Shown here piece after piece: positions 37,151 through 44,967 of a DNA stretch of 64,000 bases. The stretch comes from Deltaproteobacteria bacterium (lineage in GTDB: Bacteria > Myxococcota > Kuafuiibacteriia > Kuafuiibacteriales > Kuafuiibacteriaceae), in contig JADJBV010000001.1 in NCBI GenBank assembly GCA_016703535.1, forward strand, positions 6,382,270 through 6,446,269, given 5' to 3'. The position numbers and the translations under genes are program-made. The notes below the pieces were generated by a model. It saw nothing but the letters and a program-made list of their open reading frames with translations. It was not told where the DNA came from and did no database searches. Each line of letters opens with the position of its first letter. Within the stretch, counting starts at the first letter, position 1.

Positions 37151-37804
37151 TCAATCTGCAGCGTGAGGCGGTGGGTTCGCAGCGACTTGCCGGTGCTGTG
37201 CCTCGCGGATGCTCACCAGGCTCCGCCGGATGCAGGCGACCTCGCGCTCCCGGACGATTCGCGTCAGTTCGTCCGCGCGGTCGGGAAACTGTTGCGCTAT
37301 CCAAACAGCCCCATTCTCCCAGGCCCCGAGCTCCCGTGCCAGATCGATGGGAGCCGTGCGCACCGCTTCCCGTAGGTCGACGAAGCTTGCAGCAAGGTCT
37401 GGATGAACTCGTTCAAGCTCAGACCAGGCGGCGTCAAAGGTCCGCGCGCCTTGATGTGCCGGCTTGAATCCTTGAAGGAGGTGGCCAAACTCGTGGAGCA
37501 GGTCCGCGATGATCTCCTGTGCACCTGAGGGCGGGGCGGCGTGAAGGTAGATCTTGCTCTGGTCCCACGACACCTTGCTCGTGGCACGAGGGTCCTTGAA
37601 AGGCCGCATCGACCAAACTTGTGCTCGCCAGCTCCGAGGATCCCAGATTCCAGCTGCCGCAAGCTCCGCGTCGCTGACATCCGCAGATTTCCGTTCTCCG
37701 ACGACTTCGATTTCACGTTGGAGGGTGGTTAGCTCAGCCTCGAAGCGCTGGAGGTCGGGGACGTTCTCGAACAGCCTGTTTCGAATCTCGGCGGACGTGG
37801 CCAT
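37151..37804 (-). CDS. Hypothetical protein with HExxH zinc-metallopeptidase-like motif
   Basis: 217 aa. 'IIADLLHEFGHLLQG' contains HEFGH. No signal peptide is present. Its GC is closer to the host than the rest of the island. Confidence 0.5.
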   Translation of the reverse strand: MATSAEIRNRLFENVPDLQRFEAELTTLQREIEVVGERKSADVSDAELAAAGIWDPRSWRAQVWSMRPFKDPRATSKVSWDQSKIYLHAAPPSGAQEIIADLLHEFGHLLQGFKPAHQGARTFDAAWSELERVHPDLAASFVDLREAVRTAPIDLARELGAWENGAVWIAQQFPDRADELTRIVREREVACIRRSLVSIREAQHRQVAANPPPHAAD

Positions 37805-37871
37805 TGGAGCATTCTAGAGCCCCTAAGGCGGTGGTGCCCAGGCCGGAATCGAATCGCTTGTCCGGTTTGGG

Positions 37872-38438
37872 TCACCTGCAAGCGCGAGCGGTAGCTGGTT
37901 CCTTGAGAAGATCGTCGCGCCGCTGCTTGGCGATCGGCGTCCATTTCGCCAAAAAGCCGGGTAGGTCTTCGTCAAGAAGGACATCAATGCCGACTGAGGA
38001 TGCTCCAATCCCGGCCAACTCGTTCGTGACGCGCGCTGACGCCGAATTTAAAGCCGCTCGCTTGGTTGAGTTCATCTTCGTGACAGTCTTTCCCCACGGT
38101 TCTCCGTTCGGTCCGACCTGGAACAACACAGTCGCCAACACTGGAGCGCCGAGTCGCGCCATGACCGACAGGCTAGCCGCGTCTTTCACAAGACTCGTCG
38201 TCACACCAACCCCTTCAACCTCGAATGCGGCAACCGGGATCCACAACGGAGATTCGGCAGTCGCGCCTCTCAACGCCCAGATCACGTCAATCGCGTAGTT
38301 CCTATCAGTCCCGAACACGTTGAACTCAGGGACGGCATGAAGGTCAAGGTCGACGCCTGCCTGGCAGAGTCGAGCGCAAACCTCGTGCTTCGACATCGCA
38401 AGTTCGCTCAATCCCGCATGTTGACCGAGCGCGTTCAT
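37872..38438 (-). CDS. Hypothetical protein, 188 aa, possible PD-(D/E)xK nuclease-like core
   Basis: Only the 3' 188 codons of track ORF 37872..39263 look protein-like ('MNALGQHAGLSELAMSKHEV...YAIDVIWALRG...PVAAFEVEGVGVTTSLVKD...'). The upstream part of the ORF is Arg/Pro/Ser junk overlapping the IS91 fragment. The D...E-x-E pattern is only suggestive. Confidence 0.45.
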   Translation of the reverse strand: MNALGQHAGLSELAMSKHEVCARLCQAGVDLDLHAVPEFNVFGTDRNYAIDVIWALRGATAESPLWIPVAAFEVEGVGVTTSLVKDAASLSVMARLGAPVLATVLFQVGPNGEPWGKTVTKMNSTKRAALNSASARVTNELAGIGASSVGIDVLLDEDLPGFLAKWTPIAKQRRDDLLKEPATARACR

Positions 38439-38715
38439 CGCTAATGAAGGAGAGCATCCCTCGACCGGTGCAGAGGAAGCAACGGGCCAGAGGCTGGGGC
38501 GAATAGGAAACTCAAGGGTGGTTGCCGGGGCCACCTCCGCTTGGATCGAGCCGCCATATAGGGATACCTCCCCTGGATGGCAGGACCTACTTGAACGCCG
38601 GTGAGGGGTCGAATGGGGGTCTGTGGTGGGGTTGAGGGGCGCTTCCTGGGGCGCAGGACGAGCCTCGGCCTCGCGAGGATGCTCGCCTTCAAGGCCCGGG
38701 GCGGAGCTGTGGTGC

Positions 38716-39692
38716 TCAGTTCGCGAGTGGGAGAGCTTGTTGCGGCCCGGGCGGGCCGGTGCTCTCCACCGGCACGAACTGGTTTCGACGCAAGGTCCTG
38801 GGGCAGCGGGGGCAGGAATGGCCGTTGACCTCGTAGACGCGGGCCAAGAGCTTCGCCCACGCTTCGCGATACGGCACTGGCGTTGCCGGCTCGAACTTCC
38901 GAGCCCCGAACCACGCGCCTTGCACCGCCACCCAGCCTGCTGGCACCACCTGCGGTCGAAGCCGCGCGGCCGGCGCCAGCACCCCGAAGGCGCGGATCTG
39001 ATGCTGCCGCGGGGGAGGCACCAGCCAGGCCAGGCGCCGGAGCAACGAGAGCGGATGCAGCAGCAGCTCCTGCTGCGTGGTGCGCGTCGGGCGGCGGAGC
39101 GTGAACCGCGCCTGCGCCTCGTCGATGAGCTCGAGCTGGGCCTCCGCGAACGGCGGCCGGGCGGCGTAGCGCACGAGCTGGGCGCGACCGGCGCGGTCGT
39201 CGGCGCCGACCCGCACGCTCGCGTTGACCTCGAAGCGACCTCGGAGCTTCTTCGGCTCCACACTGACGATCCCTACGGCGCACGGGCCGCCGTTGGCCAC
39301 CACGGGTCGTCGGGCCGGCCCTCGGCGCCCTCCTCGAGATACCCATGGCGACGCAGCCACCCCAAAAACCGAAGCTCCACCTCGTCCTCGAGGGCCCCAC
39401 GCTCTCCGGCCGAGGGGCCTTGGTCCTGGCGGAATTCTAGCGTGCCGACGTCCTCCTCCAAGTAGCCGCCGTCGAGCACCCGCACGTGCAGGTGCGGATA
39501 GACCGAAAGCGTCTTCGTGAACCGCTGCACGAACGCCACCGCCCCGCCCTTCGACCGGGCAAGGGGCCGCGCTGCTGCCCGCGGAAGATGGCTTCTACGA
39601 AGACCCGCGCCATCGCCTCCTGGGCGTCGGCACGGGCCGCCAACAACCCGACCAACTCCGAAGGCGGCGACAGAACGTACTACCGAATCGGA
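38716..39692 (-). mobile_element. IS91-family transposase, 3' fragment (catalytic/C-terminal part), multiply frameshifted and lacking the N-terminal zinc-binding domain
   Basis: The pieces from track ORFs 39437..39655, 39273..39743 and 38716..39360 read 'LVGLLAARADAQEAMARVFVEAIFRGQQ', 'ARSKGGAVAFVQRFTKTLSVYPHLHVRVLDGGY...' and 'VRYAARPPFAEAQLELIDE...LLHPLSLLRRLAWLVPPPRQHQIRAFGVLAPAA...WAKLLARVYEVNGHSCPRCP...'. At 39692 the fragment is fused to an unrelated 54-codon ORF start (39693-39852, 'MSKTKRIKRDRPPV...'). Confidence 0.75.
39545..39692. repeat. Direct repeat copy 2 (~148 bp) matching 28891..29039
   Basis: See copy 1. Same orientation, roughly 90 percent identity by hand alignment. Confidence 0.8.
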
Positions 39693-39940
39693 GGTAGGCG
39701 TCGATCTCGCCCGCCAGATCCTGGAGCGATCGGCAGGTGCCACGGCGGAGCAGCCGGTCGAGGTGAAAGACGCCGTCCATCAGGCGTCGCCTGCCGGCGA
39801 CTCGGGCGGATACCGGGGGGCGGTCCCGCTTGATTCGCTTCGTCTTGCTCACGCCAAGCTCCCAGCCATCCCTTGGGGGAAGCTCTTGTCATGAGACCCT
39901 GGGGCAGGAGCAATGTCGGGAACCCAGTTCGGTGGCCGAG

Positions 39941-40284
39941 TTGGGTCCAGGTACTCAGGATAGTTGGGCGGGCGCAGGTCCGCGGATCCAAGCGACCCAC
40001 TCCGTAGTGCCTTCGGCGGGTCCGGGGACCTCGACAAAGCGGTCTCGAGTCGGTGCGGGGACCTGCCTCGACCCGAGCTCGGCGTCTATCGACTGGGTTT
40101 TTGGGTCCGCCCAGGCGGCCGAGCCACTGTGGAGTCTGGGTGGAGGATAAAAGTGGAGGGCCGAGGACCCGTCGCGGCGTCTGAATTGAGTCCCGGGACC
40201 CGAAGAAGGCACTGCGGAGTGGCTTCGTTGGGTCCCGGGACCCAGGCCGGATCACCTCGACCCAACCGGGTTGGGTCCGGGGAC
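39941..40284. repeat. Cluster of at least 6 copies of a TTGGGTCC(C/G)GGGAC-like motif, including a perfect 14-bp palindrome gggtcccgggaccc (40230-40243) and cccaaccGggttggg (40261-40275)
   Basis: Motif instances read at about 39941, 40018, 40101, 40188, 40230 and 40271. 'ggggacct(gc)ctcgac' also occurs twice (40024, 40057). No convincing ORF covers the region. Confidence 0.55.
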
Positions 40285-40311
40285 TGCTTAAAACGCTGTG
40301 AGTCGACGGGT

Positions 40312-40380
40312 GTCCGGATTCGTCCGGATTCGTCCGGATTCGTCCGGACGATTTGTCCGGCCGGACGAACGCCGGACGCC
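40312..40380. repeat. Helically phased TCCGGA array: 3 perfect tandem 10-bp units (gtccggattc) followed by the gtccggccggac palindrome and further ccggacg units
   Basis: Read directly: gtccggattc gtccggattc gtccggattc gtccggacgatttgtccggccggacgaacgccggacgcc. The 12-bp perfect palindrome lies at 40355-40366. Confidence 0.75.
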
Positions 40381-40414
40381 GCGGATCCCGAAGGTGCAGT
40401 GATTCCGCAGGAGG

Positions 40415-41359
40415 ATGTCCGGCACGCGGCTTGAAGATGGGTTCGGCATGACCTCGGACACGGAGTCCGAGCTCCAACCTATGAGGAGATTGACCATGTC
40501 GAACGAACTGGTGTCGCCCAGGTACTTCCAACTTCCGCCACTGGACGCCCCGGGGACCGTGGCGATGGCGACGAGCACCTTGGCATCGGCGCCGAAGGCA
40601 GCGCCGCCCGCGGTAAAGAAGGCCCTCAAGAAGGTGGCGTCAACGCTGGCCGAGATGAAGGAGGTGCTGGCGGGCGAGCCGATCGCGATGCCCGACGTGA
40701 GCCGGGCCGCCGACCTGTCCCTCGATCGTTCCTGGGGTGGCCTGAGCGGTCGGATCAGCAGCTACACTTTCCTGCCCGAAGACCTGTACCCCAAGGTGTC
40801 CACCGCGAATGAGTTGATGCGGACCCTGTTCCCCGATGGCTTGAGCTTCCTCAAGTTGCCCTACCGGCAGGAGTGGGCCGAGAGCGAAAGGCGCCTGGAG
40901 CGGATCGAGATGATGGGCTTGGAGGCCAAAATCCACGAGGTCGCTGGGCGTGATCACCTGGAGGAGGTGCGTCGGGCCCACCGGGTGTACGGCGAGGTCT
41001 TGGGCATCACCCGACCGAACCCTCTGGCTCAGGCCCCCGAACGCGCCGAGAAGCTGCGGGCGCTGCGCAAGGCTCTGAACCACTACGTGTTGAATCTGCT
41101 CGCTTGCCTGGACGAGGAAGATCCAGAGACCGAGGAGATGGTCCGGCGCGCCCTCCAGCCCATCGACGAGTTTCGCGCGGCGGCGCCCGGGCGGCGGTCG
41201 GCGAGTGACGACGACGGCCCGGAGACCGAAGTGCCCCCCGTCGCTTCACCCGTGGTGGCTTCACCGCCGCCTGTCGCGGTCGGCGGCGGCGCTGCGCCGA
41301 TCGCTCCCAGCCCGGCTCCGATCCCGGTGCGCTCGACCCCTACGGATGCCCCGAGCTGA
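40415..41359 (+). CDS. Hypothetical protein with Pro/Ala-rich C-terminus
   Basis: 314-aa ORF. The central part is non-repetitive ('LYPKVSTANELMRTLFPDGLSFLKLPYRQEWAESERRLERIEMMGLEAKIHEV'). The true start is uncertain, with internal Met at 'MSNELV'. Confidence 0.5.
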   Translation: MSGTRLEDGFGMTSDTESELQPMRRLTMSNELVSPRYFQLPPLDAPGTVAMATSTLASAPKAAPPAVKKALKKVASTLAEMKEVLAGEPIAMPDVSRAADLSLDRSWGGLSGRISSYTFLPEDLYPKVSTANELMRTLFPDGLSFLKLPYRQEWAESERRLERIEMMGLEAKIHEVAGRDHLEEVRRAHRVYGEVLGITRPNPLAQAPERAEKLRALRKALNHYVLNLLACLDEEDPETEEMVRRALQPIDEFRAAAPGRRSASDDDGPETEVPPVASPVVASPPPVAVGGGAAPIAPSPAPIPVRSTPTDAPS

Positions 41360-41394
41360 GCACGGTGCGAAGCTCCCACCGGGCCGACGTAACT

Positions 41395-42075
41395 TCAGGG
41401 CTTACAGGCCTTCTGGCGGAGCGCTACCACCTTGGCCCCCGCTTCCTTGAGGGCCTGACGCCGCCCCTGCGCCGACTGCAGCAGCGCCTTGTCCTGGGTG
41501 TCGATGGCCTTCTGCAGATCCCGGAGCAGCTCGGCGTTGTCGTCGAGGAAGTCGGCGGTCGCCCGGTGCAACTCATCGCACGCTCTTGGCGAGGACAGCC
41601 CCTGGATCAGGCTCTTCAATCGCTCGGCTTCGTCGATCGCCGGCTGCATGCTCTGGCTGGCCTTCACGTCGGCGAAGGTGGCCGCCTCGCTCTTGCCGGT
41701 GTCCGCGGCGTCGTAGGCCTTGAGGTACTCGGCGATGGCCTTGGCCTCTTCTTCCGGTGAGAGGGGCGGCGGCGTCACGACCACCTGGGGCGGCGGCGGC
41801 GCGGCCTTCTGCTTGGCCATGGCGGCCCGGATGGTGTTCGCCGTGGCCTGAGCCTCCGCGTGTTGTTTGCACTCGGGGCCCACCGCCTCCAGGGCCGTCA
41901 ACACCGGCCCGAAGCGCGGGTCGCCCAAAGTCGGATCCAGGCTCGCTTGGCTGACTTCGTCGAGCTGGGCCATGGCGGCCTCGAACTCTTCGCAGTTTTT
42001 GGTGGGCGCGGGTTTGTTGCAGGCGAGCGCACCGGCAAGGGCCAGCGCGAGATACCTTGTGAGGTGCCGGGACAT
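41395..42075 (-). CDS. Hypothetical helical lipoprotein
   Basis: 226 aa. 'YLALALAGALAC' lipobox. The mature part is Ala/Glu/Lys-rich and helical. Confidence 0.6.
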   Translation of the reverse strand: MSRHLTRYLALALAGALACNKPAPTKNCEEFEAAMAQLDEVSQASLDPTLGDPRFGPVLTALEAVGPECKQHAEAQATANTIRAAMAKQKAAPPPPQVVVTPPPLSPEEEAKAIAEYLKAYDAADTGKSEAATFADVKASQSMQPAIDEAERLKSLIQGLSSPRACDELHRATADFLDDNAELLRDLQKAIDTQDKALLQSAQGRRQALKEAGAKVVALRQKACKP

Positions 42076-42224
42076 GAACCGTTCCTACCCGACGTCCGAG
42101 GGCTGCACCAGTGGCGGGGGCGGGCGACATGTTCGTCCCTTGGACCGATTTGCGGTTGAAGAACCTGTGACAAAGGTCTGGGCTGCCTTGACCGGAACTC
42201 TGAGCCGGACGAGCGTGCCCCACC

Positions 42225-43226
42225 ATGAAAGCGGTTCAGATCTCCAAAGCCAACGGCCCCTTCGAGTTTGTCGAGCGGCCCATCCCCGAAGTTCGTCCTG
42301 GGACGGTGCGGGTGAAGGTCGAAGCCTGCGGCATTTGCCACAGCGATGCCTTCGTAAAATTTGCGGCCTTTCCGGGCATCACCTTGCCGCGGGTCCCGGG
42401 CCACGAGATCGCCGGGCGGGTCGATGCCGTGGGCGAAGGGGTCGTGCCCTGGAACGTGGGTGACCGCGTGGGGGTGGGTTGGCACGGGGGACATTGTTCG
42501 GTGTGCGAGCCGTGTCGGCGAGGGGACTTCGTCAACTGCAACAATGAGAAGATCACCGGGATCAGCCACGACGGCGGATATGCCGAGTATGTGGTGGTCC
42601 CCGCGGAGTCTCTTGCTCGGATCCCCGACGGCCTCAGCGCCGAAGAAGCCGCGCCGCTTTTGTGCGCGGGCGTCACCACCTACAACTCACTGCGCCAGAC
42701 CGGGGCGAGGGCCGGTGACACGGTCGCGGTCTTGGGCCTGGGCGGCCTCGGTCACCTCGGTGTCCAGTACGCGCACCACATGGGGTTCAGGACTGTGGCG
42801 TTGTCCCGAGGCGCCGACAAGGCGAAGCTTGCCCAGGAGCTCGGTGCGTCGATCTACATCGACACCGCCGCCGGGGATCCAGCCAAGGCGCTCCAGGACA
42901 TCGGCGGCGCCGACGTGATCCTCGCGACCGCCCCCAACGCCGACGCGATCAGCGCCATGTTCGGTGGGCTCAAAAAACGGGGCACCTTGATGGTGGTGGG
43001 CGCGACGATGGAGCCGCTCAAGATCCCGGCCTTGGGGCTCCTCAGCGGCAAAACGGTGCGAGGTTGGCCGAGCGGGAGCGCGATCGACTCGGAAGACACG
43101 ATGCGGTTCAGCGCGCTCGCGAAGATCAAGCCGTACCTCGAGCGCTTTCCGCTGGCGAAGGCCGAGGATGCCTTCAACAAGATGATGTCGAACCAGGTTC
43201 GCTTCCGCGCCGTCCTCGTCCCCTGA
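42225..43226 (+). CDS. adh: Zinc-dependent alcohol dehydrogenase (MDR family)
   Basis: 333 aa. Catalytic Zn 'EACGICHSD' and 'GHEIAGRV'. Structural Zn 'CSVCEPCRRGDFVNC'. Rossmann 'VAVLGLGGLGHLGVQ'. Confidence 0.9.
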   Translation: MKAVQISKANGPFEFVERPIPEVRPGTVRVKVEACGICHSDAFVKFAAFPGITLPRVPGHEIAGRVDAVGEGVVPWNVGDRVGVGWHGGHCSVCEPCRRGDFVNCNNEKITGISHDGGYAEYVVVPAESLARIPDGLSAEEAAPLLCAGVTTYNSLRQTGARAGDTVAVLGLGGLGHLGVQYAHHMGFRTVALSRGADKAKLAQELGASIYIDTAAGDPAKALQDIGGADVILATAPNADAISAMFGGLKKRGTLMVVGATMEPLKIPALGLLSGKTVRGWPSGSAIDSEDTMRFSALAKIKPYLERFPLAKAEDAFNKMMSNQVRFRAVLVP

Positions 43227-43435
43227 TCTCCGCCGAATGAGCGCCGCACCCACGTCGTGCGCGCCGATCGGGACCCACGGACAGTCAATTCGGTCACTGA
43301 GTCCAGAGACTTGCACGGGCTCTTGCGTGCCGCGCAATAGCCTCGTGCGCCCAGGCTGACATCGTTTGTCGCCGGACCGCGAAAACCTCTTTGCCTTCGC
43401 GGAACCAAACGCCGGGGCAGAAAAGAGAAGAACCG

Positions 43436-44014
43436 ATGAACACCAACAAGAGCCTCGTCCACGCCTTTGTCCTTCAGCCCAATGGGCTCCGGGTCGGTCC
43501 CCGCCAAGAGGAGCGGATCGTCAAAGCGGCGGACCTCAACAACGACGGCCAGGTCAGCTACGCCACCGAAGTCGGCGGCGCCGGCTCCTACGTTCGAAAC
43601 CAGTACGTCCGCCCCGGTGCCAACCCCTGCCAGGGGCCTCGGCTCCAACAAGGCGTCAGCCCCGAAGACGTGGTTCGCGCCCTCGAGGCTCGAAAGGCCG
43701 TCATCACCACCATCGTCAGCCAGTTCGCGGATCAGACCTTCGATCAGGGACGGGCCACCGGGACCCCCGCCAACTACTTCGGAGGTTTCTTCAGCGCCTC
43801 GAAGCGGACCATCAAGGACGAGATCGAAGAGGTCGCGGGCAAGATGGGAACCGCGGGCAAGTTGAATCAACTGGCGAAGATGATCGAAGCCACCCCTCGC
43901 AACGCCGACGGGAAGATCGACTTCAAGATCTGGGACGCCGTGCTCTTTGGGAAACTCCAAGCCGAACTCGGCGTGCAGAAGTGGAACCTCTACGGGCGGA
44001 TGTCGGATTGCTGA
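43436..44014 (+). CDS. Hypothetical protein with two EF-hand-like loops
   Basis: The ORF track gives 43391..44014. ATG 43436 is preceded by a purine-rich 'agaaaagagaag'. The loops are 'DLNNDGQVSYATE' and 'NADGKIDFKIWD'. Confidence 0.5.
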   Translation: MNTNKSLVHAFVLQPNGLRVGPRQEERIVKAADLNNDGQVSYATEVGGAGSYVRNQYVRPGANPCQGPRLQQGVSPEDVVRALEARKAVITTIVSQFADQTFDQGRATGTPANYFGGFFSASKRTIKDEIEEVAGKMGTAGKLNQLAKMIEATPRNADGKIDFKIWDAVLFGKLQAELGVQKWNLYGRMSDC

Positions 44015-44037
44015 CTCGACCCACCGCCCCGCCGAAA

Positions 44038-44967
44038 TCAGAAGTCGGGGCGCAGGCGGATGGTGGCCAACTCTTTGGTGAGCATGCGCTTGAAGATCAT
44101 CGGGCCGATCCAGGTGTACGCGACGATCGCCAGCCAACCGTATTCGACGATCGGCACGTAGGCGGCGTCTTCGGCCAAGATGGTGACGGTGCGGTAGAGG
44201 GCGAAGCCGCCGAGCAACACCAACATGGAGCGGGCGTCGGGCAAGGTCTGCATCCAGGTGTTCCAGCGCCACCAAACGCCGATCACCGGGCTTTGGTGGG
44301 CCTTGATGGCGGCCAAGAGGTGGAGGGCGCCCCGATGGTTGGGGTAGTCGCGGAGGACCCAGGCGGCGTGGTCTTTGGCGCTTTCGGAGTCCTTCTTGCG
44401 CAGGTGCACGTGACCGAGGACCACCAAAGCGGCGGCGTGATCAGGCGATTGTTCGAGGGCCTCACGGCTGCGGGCCTCGGCGTCGGCCAAGTTGCCTTCG
44501 GCCAGATCGAGCTCTCCCAGGTCGGCGAGCACGTCGGGATCGTTGGGCTCGAGGTTGCGGGCCTTCTCCAAGGTGGCCCGGGCTTCGGCCCGGCGGCCTT
44601 GGGCCACGTAGATCTCGGCCAAGCTGCAGAGGTTGCCGGCGTCGATCGGATCCAGGCTGATGGCCCGCATGAGGTGCTCTTCGGCGGGGGCCCATCGGCG
44701 TCGATAGAACTCGGCCAGGCCGAGGGCCCGGTGGGCCAAGCTGGCTTCGGGGTCCAACTCGACCGCCCGCTGAGCCTCGACGGTGGCGGCGTGGACCCGG
44801 TTGCCGACGAGTAAGTTGAGGGCCAAGAGGGCGTGGGCCGCGGCGTGCTCCGGATCCAAAGCCAGGGCCTGCTTGAGCAACAAGATGGCGCCGTGGTGAT
44901 CGCCCATGGCCATCCGCTGGCCGGCCTGCAGGTACAGGCGATGAAAGTCCGGCGAAAGGAAGGTCAT
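44038..44967 (-). CDS. TPR-repeat protein with C-terminal transmembrane segments
   Basis: 309 aa. It has about 6 TPR-like units ('AILLLKQALALDPEHAAAHALLA', 'EARATLEKARNLEPNDPDVLADLG', ...), then hydrophobic 'MLVLLGGFALY' and 'GWLAIVAYTWIGPMIF'. The start overlaps the upstream stop (ATGA). Confidence 0.7.
   Translation of the reverse strand: MTFLSPDFHRLYLQAGQRMAMGDHHGAILLLKQALALDPEHAAAHALLALNLLVGNRVHAATVEAQRAVELDPEASLAHRALGLAEFYRRRWAPAEEHLMRAISLDPIDAGNLCSLAEIYVAQGRRAEARATLEKARNLEPNDPDVLADLGELDLAEGNLADAEARSREALEQSPDHAAALVVLGHVHLRKKDSESAKDHAAWVLRDYPNHRGALHLLAAIKAHQSPVIGVWWRWNTWMQTLPDARSMLVLLGGFALYRTVTILAEDAAYVPIVEYGWLAIVAYTWIGPMIFKRMLTKELATIRLRPDF

Noticed and set aside
37872-39263. The full 463-aa ORF as a single gene
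   Set aside because: The first ~275 codons are Arg/Pro/Ser/Ala junk overlapping the IS91 fragment in another frame. Only the last 188 codons, from ATG 38438, look like a real protein.
39693-39852. 54-codon ORF start 'MSKTKRIKRDRPPVSARVAGRRRLMDGVFHLDRLLRRGTCRSLQDLAGEIDAYL' fused to IS91 fragment 2 as a possible recombinase or transposase N-terminus
   Set aside because: I could not recognise a family. It ends at the repeat breakpoint in the wrong frame relative to the IS91 sequence, so it is probably another truncated remnant.
40312-40380. Possible CRISPR or minisatellite array
   Set aside because: The units are only 10 bp long with no spacers, and no cas genes are present. It is recorded instead as a phased palindromic motif array.
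42854-44275. 473-aa minus-strand ORF spanning the adh 3' end, an intergenic region and the EF-hand-like gene
   Set aside because: It crosses two independently supported plus-strand genes and an intergenic gap. The translation is Arg/Gly/Leu-rich junk.
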